Below, in pieces: positions 57,482 to 64,000 of a DNA stretch of 64,000 nucleotides. The number at the start of each line of letters is the position of its first letter. Positions within the stretch are counted from its first letter, which is position 1. The stretch is taken from assembly GCA_963808235.1 (NCBI GenBank), contig CAWEEQ010000004.1:3552001-3616000 (forward strand), in the 5' to 3' direction. This DNA is from an uncultured delta proteobacterium (GTDB lineage: Bacteria; Desulfobacterota; Binatia; Binatales; Binataceae). The position numbers were made by a program, and so were the translations under genes. The notes beneath the pieces are model-generated. The model did not search any database. It saw nothing but the letters and a program-made list of their open reading frames with translations, and was not told the DNA's origin.

Positions 57482-58270
57482 GTGGCGCGGGTTATTGCGA
57501 TAGCCAATCAGAAGGGCGGCGTCGGCAAGACTACGACGGCGATTAATCTCGCCGTTGCGATTGCTGATTCGGGTTGTCGGGTGCTGCTGGTCGATCTTGA
57601 TCCGCAGGGCAATGCTACTTCCGGAATAATTTCGCGCGAGATTGCAACCGAGCTTCGTCGAACGAATCGGACGATTTACCAGGCGCTGGTTGGCGGTGTG
57701 CCTCTGGCGGAGATCGTTTTGCAGGCGCGGCCGAATCTGATGCTGGCGGCGGCGGGCGATGATCTGGTTGGGGCCGAGATCGAGCTGGTGACGATGGAAG
57801 GACGCGAGCGACGCTTACGAGCGCTCCTGGAGCCATCGTACCAAGAATATAACTATGTTCTAATCGACACGCCACCCTCACTTGGGATTCTCACACTCAA
57901 CGCGCTGGTCGCGGCGGACTCGGTGCTGGTGCCGATGCAATGCGAGTACTACGCGCTCGAGGGTCTGCGCTCACTGCTCGGGACGATCAACAAGGTCAAA
58001 CAGGCGCTGCGGCCGACGCTCGAACTCGAAGGGCTGGTGCTCACGATGTTCGACTCGCGAAATCGTCTCAGCCACGAAATCTCGGACGAGGTAAGAAAGC
58101 ATTTTCCGGAAAAAGTTTTTCGCAGCGTGATACCGCGCAGCGTGCGGCTGTCGGAAAGTCCGAGTCATGGATTGTCGGTGCTGGAATACGAATCGAAATC
58201 GGCGGGTGCGGAGGGATATCGCGCGCTGGCGGCGGAGATAATCGAGCGGCGTGGGGCGGCGCAGGGATGA
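57482..58270 (+). CDS. parA: Chromosome partitioning ATPase ParA/Soj
   Basis: IANQKGGVGKTTT, DLDPQGNATSG, IDTPPSLG, PMQCEYYALEG, IPRSVRLSESPSHG. Confidence 0.96.
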   Translation: MARVIAIANQKGGVGKTTTAINLAVAIADSGCRVLLVDLDPQGNATSGIISREIATELRRTNRTIYQALVGGVPLAEIVLQARPNLMLAAAGDDLVGAEIELVTMEGRERRLRALLEPSYQEYNYVLIDTPPSLGILTLNALVAADSVLVPMQCEYYALEGLRSLLGTINKVKQALRPTLELEGLVLTMFDSRNRLSHEISDEVRKHFPEKVFRSVIPRSVRLSESPSHGLSVLEYESKSAGAEGYRALAAEIIERRGAAQG

Positions 58271-58291
58271 CGGCGCAGAGGAAAAAATCAG

Positions 58292-58390
58292 GAAGAGAAG
58301 ATCCGGATGCGAAACCCACCCGGGTTTCGCGCTTCCCTAGGTGGGAGAAGAAGAAAAGATCAGGATGCGGTCCTACGGACCTGTTAGGAA
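58292..58390 (+). repeat. Structured repeat family A, variant B
   Basis: GAGAAGATCCGGATGCGAAACCCACCCGGGTTTCGCGCTTCC...GATGCGGTCCTACGGACCTGTTAG. Confidence 0.8.
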
Positions 58391-58466
58391 GGTGGGGGCA
58401 GCCAGTGCGCCGCCCGAGAGGCTCGATATTCATTTGAGAAACGTATCGATTGAGGACAAGACGATC

Positions 58467-59385
58467 ATGAGAAAGACATTGGGACGCGGGCTTGATGCGC
58501 TGATCGGCGAGGCAGGTGGAGTTGGGAATGGTGACGGGGCGGGCGGGGCGCATCTTACTACCGCGCCTGTCGGAAGTATCACGCCGGGGCCGTTTCAGCC
58601 GCGAATACATTTTGATGAAGAGCGGCTCGAAGAACTCAAACGCGCGATCCAGAGCCAGGGAATTATCGAGCCGCTGATCGTGCGGCTGCTCGGCGCCGCG
58701 GACGGAGTCGATGGGCCGCGTTACGAGCTGATCGCGGGCGAGCGGCGGTTCCGTGCGGCGCGTGCGGCGGGTCTGGAAGTGGTTCCGGTCGTGGTGCGCG
58801 AGTTGGACGATCGCGCGGCTCTGGAGATGTCGCTGGTCGAGAATATCGCGCGCGAAGATTTAAGTCCGGTCGAGGAAGCGTTCGCATTCGCGCGCCTGGT
58901 AAAGCATTTCGCGCTCTCCCATGACGAGATTGCGTTGCGGGTCGGCAAGAGCCGGCCCTACGTCAGTAACGCGATCCGATTGCTCTCGCTGGCGCCCAGG
59001 TGATCGAGATGCTCGCGTGCGGACGACTGACGGCGGGACAGGCGCGGCCGTTGCTCTCGATTGGCGATGTCAGTGCGCAGGTGTCGGCGGCGAGTCGAGT
59101 CGCGGCGATGGGAATATCCGCGCGCGAGGCCGAGGAGATGACGAGTGGTGCATCGGCCACCCGCGAGTTCAGGTCGAAATCGGGCGGGCGATCGGTAGCG
59201 CTGAGCGACCAAATGTCAATGCTCTGGCGGAAGGATTGCAGCGGGTGCTCAAGCGCAAGGTCAGGATTTTCAAGCGGCGCGGGCGAAGTCCGGGGCGAAT
59301 CGAGATTGAATACTACGATGAGAACGATTTGACGGCGGTCGCGGAGATGTTGCTTGGCAATTCGCGGGCGTCGATGCGGGCGTAG
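58467..59385 (+). CDS. parB: Chromosome partitioning protein ParB/Spo0J, two -1 frameshifts near 58997 and 59210 (probable errors)
   Basis: LGRGLDALI, FQPR, ELIAGERRFRA, ENIAREDL, KSRPYVSNAIRLL. Adding a C at each site joins LTAGQAR and then GRIEIEY to TAG 59385. Confidence 0.93.
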
Positions 59386-59427
59386 CGCGGGCGCGAGGGG
59401 AGCGTTGGAAGGAGTACGGGTAACTTA

Positions 59428-59528
59428 ATTTAATGTGAAACCCGCCGTGGGTTTCACGCTTCCTTGGGCAGGGGCGACCCCTGCACCCAGTATTAAAAGA
59501 AAGATGCGGCGCTTCGCGCCTGTTAGAA
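59428..59528 (+). repeat. Structured repeat family A
   Basis: ATTTAATGTGAAACCCGCCGTGGGTTTCACGCTTCCTTGGGCAGGGGCGACCCCTGCACCCAGTATTAAAAGAAAGATGCGGCGCTTCGCGCCTGTTAGAA. Confidence 0.9.
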
Positions 59529-59574
59529 AGGGTGAGGGGGGAGGTTCTTGTTGGCCTATCCTTTCGGAGACCTT

Positions 59575-59686
59575 TGCATAACTGCATATTGAATTCGGAG
59601 CATTCGGCTCCGCGTGCCCTCAGTGAGGGCGAAATCGTTTTGCGCCGAGAAAGATCCGGGTTTCTTCGCTGCGCTCAGAATGACAC
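59575..59686 (-). repeat. Repeat family C, copy 2
   Basis: Reverse complement GTGTCATTCTGAGCGCAGCGAAGAAACCCGGATCTTTCTC...CTGAGGGCACGCGGAGC...CTCCGAATTCAA aligns with 36428-36540. Confidence 0.8.
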
Positions 59687-59813
59687 CAAGAAAGAGCATC
59701 GCTTCGCGGGAAGCCCCCTTCGACTTCGCCCAGGACGACGGAGGGGGATAACGGAGGGAGAGAAAAAGAGGGTCGCTTCGCCCTTCGAGATTTCTATCTG
59801 TGCACGCCGCCTT

Positions 59814-62149
59814 CTACAGATTCATCTGGACGATTGTGGCGCCGGCGCCGCCGTGGTGGGGTTCGGCGGGTCGGAACGATGCGCAGTAGGGGGACGTTCC
59901 CAGGTATTCAGCGACTGCCTTGCGGAGAGCGCCGGAGCCGATTCCGTGGACGATTCGCACTTCGGCGCGATTGGTGAGGAAGGCGGTGTCGAGGAATTCT
60001 TCGAGCTTGCGCAGTGCGTCCGTCGTGCGCATCCCGATTAAATTCAGCTCGTTGTGCTCGCTCGCCTCGACGCTGAAGGTGACTGCATTGGCTTTAGCGG
60101 GGCGGCTCTCTGACACCGGGCGTTGCGGCGGATTTACGCAGACGTTCCGGCGCGACTTCGATTCTCAGGCCGCCGCGAACGATAACGGCGCGTGAGGGTT
60201 CGAGCACGATCAACTCGCCGCGGATGTCGCCGACCTCGACGTTGTCGCCGACCTTGAGCGGTGCGTCCGACTCGGTTTCCGCGCGCGTCTCGGGCGCGAG
60301 CTTCTCGAGCTTCGACGCGGAGGTGGTGATGAAGCCCTTAAGGTCGGTGCGCGATTTCGCGCGAGTCTTGAGCTCGTCCATCAGGGCCGCGCCGTCGCGA
60401 CGCATCGCGTCGATAAGCTCCGCGCCTTCCGAGCGCAGTTTTTTCCGATCGTATTCGGTCCGTTGGCGAGCCTTTTCCGCAGTCTCGATCGCGTCGCGCT
60501 CCGCGGCGGCCATGCTCGCTTCGCGGGCGCGAAGTTTCTCGGCCTCGGCGTTCAGACTGGCGCGTTGAGCGTCGAGACGCTTCAAGGCCTCGGTCAGCTC
60601 GATACTCCCCGCGCCCATCGATTGCTCCGCCGCGCGAATTATTTCCTCGGGCAGTCCGAGCCGTCGCGCGACCGCGAGTCCGTAGCTCTGTCCGATGGTG
60701 TGCGGCTTCAGGCGATAGAGCGGCGCGAGGCGGTCGGCGTCGAAATCGACGGCGCTGGCCTCGAACCGCGCCTGCGAATACGCGTGGAGTTTCACCGCCG
60801 TCGAATGGGTCGCGATCGCGAGCATACATCGCCGGGTCCCGAGATGGTTCATCAGGCCGATCGCGAGCGCGGCACCTTCGGCGGGGTCGGTGCCGGCGCC
60901 GGGTTCGTCGAGGATCACGAGTGCCGGCTCGACCAGCGACTTGAGAATGTCCGACAGGTTCGCGATGTGACCGGAGAAGCTCGACAAGTTCGACTCGATC
61001 GATTGCTCGTCGCCGATATCGGCGAACACGCTGCGAAAGACGGTAGCCTTGCTGCCGGAGCGCGCGGGGATGAGCATCCCGGCCTGCGCCATCAGGGAGA
61101 GCAGCCCGATAGTTTTGAGGGCGACGGTTTTGCCGCCGGTGTTCGGGCCCGAAATCACGATACCGCGCTGGCCGGGGCCGATTCGCACGTCGATCGGAAT
61201 CACTTCGCGTCCGCTGGTCATCAGAAGGGGATGGCGTGCGTCGCCGAAATCGATTCCTTCGTCCACGATTTCGCGGCTCGACGCATTTGAATTTCTCGGC
61301 GAAGAGAGCGCGCGCATTCATCGCGTCAAGCGAGACCATCGCGTCGAAGGTCATCCGCAATTCCGGCGCGTATCCACCGACCATCGCGGTCAGCCGCGCG
61401 AGGATTCGATTTTCTTCCGCCTCGGCTTCGCGCTCGAGCATCATCAGGCGGTTGTTCAGCTCGACCGCCCACATCGGCTCGACGAAAAGAGTCTCGCCCG
61501 ACACACTGCGGTCCTGCACGATTCCCTCGAAGCGCTCCGCGTAGTTGAGTTTCATCGGGAGGACGAAGCGGCGATTGCGAATCGTGACCAGGTAATCGGA
61601 GACGAAGGACTCCATCCCGGAGGCGTTGAGCGAGCGGAGCAGGCGGGCTTCGAGGTCGGCGCGTTCGTCGCGAAGGCGATGGCGCAGGCGCTTCAGCTCG
61701 GGGCTGGCGTCGTCGAGGAGCGTGCCGTCGTCGGCGAGCGCGGTTAGCATCGCGTCCGCCAACTCCTTGGGCGCGAGCAGGTTTTGCACGATCGAGGCGA
61801 CGTGCGGAAATCGTTCGACTCGCGAGCGCAGGAATCCGGCGACATGGCGTGAGCCGACGATAAAATCGCGCACCTTGACCAGCGCTTCGCCGCCGAGGAT
61901 CGCGCCGGCGCGCGCGGCGGCAAGAAGGTAGGGGCGCTGATCGGTGAATTCGTTGATAGGGATCGAGCCTGAGTGCGAGCGCAGATCGACCATCTCGGCG
62001 GTTGCGCGCAGGCGCTCGCGGACTTCTGCGGGCTCGATCGACGGACGAATGGCAGCGGTCATTTCGCGGCCAGGCTCCGAGGCGCAAAGATCCATGACGA
62101 GGTGAATGACCTTGTCGAATTCGAGAGATTTCAGATCGCGTTCACGCAT
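59814..62149 (-). CDS. mutS2: Endonuclease MutS2, with frameshifts near 61273 and 60118 (probable errors)
   Basis: LEFDKV..DDASPEL..SGETLFVEP; ARHPLL, ISGPNTGGKT, DIGDEQSIE, LDEPGAGTDPAEG; C-terminal Smr domain IVHGIGSGALR..GGAGAT; spread across three frames. Confidence 0.93.
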
Positions 62150-62262
62150 CAGATTGAAGCCGTTCGGCTTTTGCGCATTCCGCCGTTGCTAAGGCTAATA
62201 TCTATCGCAACTTTTGTTTGCAGGCATCATCAAGGATTCTCATACAGACACTAAGGATTCAG

Positions 62263-63872
62263 ATGGAACGAATAGAATCGCACTTGACACTGGCTCCGAC
62301 GAATTCCTGCGCAACCGCGACGCGATGGAGACGATTGTCAAGCGGCTGCGCGCTGAGATCGATCGAATCCGCGAGGGCGGTCCGGAGCATTCGCGCAAGC
62401 TGCACGTCGGGCGCGGCAAGATGCTCGCGCGCGAGCGGGTCAAAAAACTGCTCGACCCCCAGAGTCCGTTTCTTGAGCTGTCGCCGCTGGCGGCATTCGG
62501 GATGTACGACGGCGACTCGCCCGGCGCGAGCATCATCACCGGCGTCGGGCGAATCCATGGGCGCGAGACGGTGGTCGTCGCCAACGACGCGACGGTCAAG
62601 GGCGGCACCTACTTTCCGATCACGGTGAAGAAGCATCTGCGGGCGCAGGAAATCGCGATCGAGAATCGGCTGCCGTGCGTGTACCTGGTCGATTCGGGCG
62701 GCGCGTTCCTGCCGCTGCAAGCGGAAATTTTTCCGGACCGCGAGCACTTCGGGCGCATCTTTTACAACCAGGCGCGGATGTCCGCGATGGGACTGGCGCA
62801 GGTCGCGGCGGTGATGGGCAGTTGCACCGCGGGCGGCGCGTACGTGCCCGCGATGTGCGACGAGAATATCATCGTGCGCGGCGAGGGGACCATTTTCCTT
62901 GCCGGGCCGCCGCTGGTGCGAGCCGCCACGGGCGAGGAAGTGAGCGCGGAGGATCTGGGCGGCGGCGACGTGCATACGCGGCTCTCGGGCGTGAGCGATC
63001 ACCTGGCCGACGACGACGAGCATGCGCTCGAGATAGCGCGCGCGATCTTCGAGAACCTGGGGCCTCGCACGGCGCACACGATCGAGCAGGAGACACCGGA
63101 GGATCCGCACTACGATCCTGCGGAGCTGTACGGGATCATCCCGGTCGATACGCGCAAGCCCTACGACGTGCGCGAGGTGATCGCGCGGCTGGTGGACGGC
63201 AGCCGGATGCATGAGTTCAAGGCGCGCTATGCGACGACTATGGTCACCGGCTTCGCGCGTATATACGGCTACCCAGTCGGAATCATCGCCAACAACGGCG
63301 TGCTGTTCAGCGAGTCGGCGCTGAAGGCGACCCACTTCATCGAGCTGTGCTGCGCGCGGCGCATCCCGCTGCTATTTCTGCAAAACATCACCGGGTTCAT
63401 CGTCGGCAAGCGCTACGAGCAGGGCGGAATCGCGAAAGACGGCGCCAAGATGGTGAACGCGGTTGCGAACGCGCAGGTGCCGAAGTTCACGGTGATCATC
63501 GGAGCGTCGAACGGCGCCGGAAATTACGGGATGTGCGGGCGGGCATACTCGCCGCGATTGCTGTTCATGTGGCCGAACGCGCGGATTTCGGTGATGGGCG
63601 GCGAGCAGGCAGCCAACACGCTGCTGACTGTAAAGCTCGAGCAAATGAAGCGAGAAGGCGCCGCGATGACCGAGGCGGAGCAAAAAGAATTTCTGCGGCC
63701 GACGCTCGAGAAGTACGAAACCGAATCGAGCGTGTACTATTCGAGCGCGCGGCTGTGGGACGACGGGGTGCTCGATCCGATCGAGACGCGCGCGGCGTTG
63801 GCGCTGGGGATCGCGGCGTCGATGAATGCGCCGATTGGGGAGCATCGAGGATTCGGGGTGTTCAGGATGTGA
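62263..63872 (+). CDS. liuB: 3-methylcrotonyl-CoA carboxylase beta (carboxyltransferase) subunit; likely -1 frameshift near 62283
   Basis: [78 protein letters not shown] then ATG 62263 gives [15 protein letters not shown] if one C is restored. Confidence 0.92.
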
Positions 63873-63921
63873 TCATGTCCGTGGCAGAATGCGGCGCGCC
63901 AGGCAATCGCGCCGCAATGGT

Positions 63922-63958
63922 CCCCCACCCTCACCCTCCCACGACGAACGTGGGAGGG
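63922..63958 (-). repeat. Hairpin repeat family D
   Basis: CCCCCACCCTCACCCTCCCACG-ACGAA-CGTGGGAGGG. Confidence 0.55.
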
Positions 63959-64000
63959 AACCAGACGGCGGAGGGAAACAGGGAGCGGGTGAGAAGCGCG

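Noticed and set aside
56051-59528. GTTTCAC/GTGAAAC-containing repeats as a CRISPR array
   Set aside because: Copies are about 100 bp, dispersed, in both orientations and separated by whole genes. There is no regular repeat-spacer period and no cas gene.
54135-62149. mnmG, parB and mutS2 as true pseudogenes or programmed frameshift genes
   Set aside because: All catalytic motifs are intact, there are no slippery heptamers, and the indels cluster in short homopolymers, so sequencing error is the simpler explanation.

Overview
High-GC bacterial chromosomal window, gene-dense, with about 46 CDS and no tRNA, rRNA, CRISPR array or transposase seen. The gene repertoire resembles soil Candidatus Binatota or Deltaproteobacteria-like genomes (inference only). 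Left half (1-30 kb) is accessory and metabolic: a HAMP histidine kinase and Crp regulator with a sigma54 promoter, a TetR-EmrAB efflux operon, two ThDP enzymes flanking a GST and a MocR regulator, and an amidase-GNAT-MetX-like run. That run is followed by the standout locus at 15210-17947. It comprises a membrane protein that reads as a PmoC/AmoC-PmoA/AmoA fusion with both DxxxH(x12)H and DxxxH(x13)H copper-site motifs, then a secreted, N-terminal-His, two-TM, His/Met-rich protein with PmoB-like architecture. Together they suggest a divergent copper membrane monooxygenase (CuMMO)-like system in C-A-B order. Next come a lower-GC cyclase/flavoenzyme/ADC-fold block and a Met-rich protein with an MsrPQ-like pair. 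Right half is housekeeping and origin-proximal: rlmD, large NAD-GDH, nagA, anmK, mnmE, WS/DGAT, tag, ribE, mnmG-rsmG-parA-parB with four parS sites, mutS2 and an MCC beta subunit. It also carries several families of structured intergenic repeats, one with covarying stems, and a cluster of single-base frameshifts at 52-62 kb that look like assembly errors. All homology calls are from motif recognition by eye; no searches were run.
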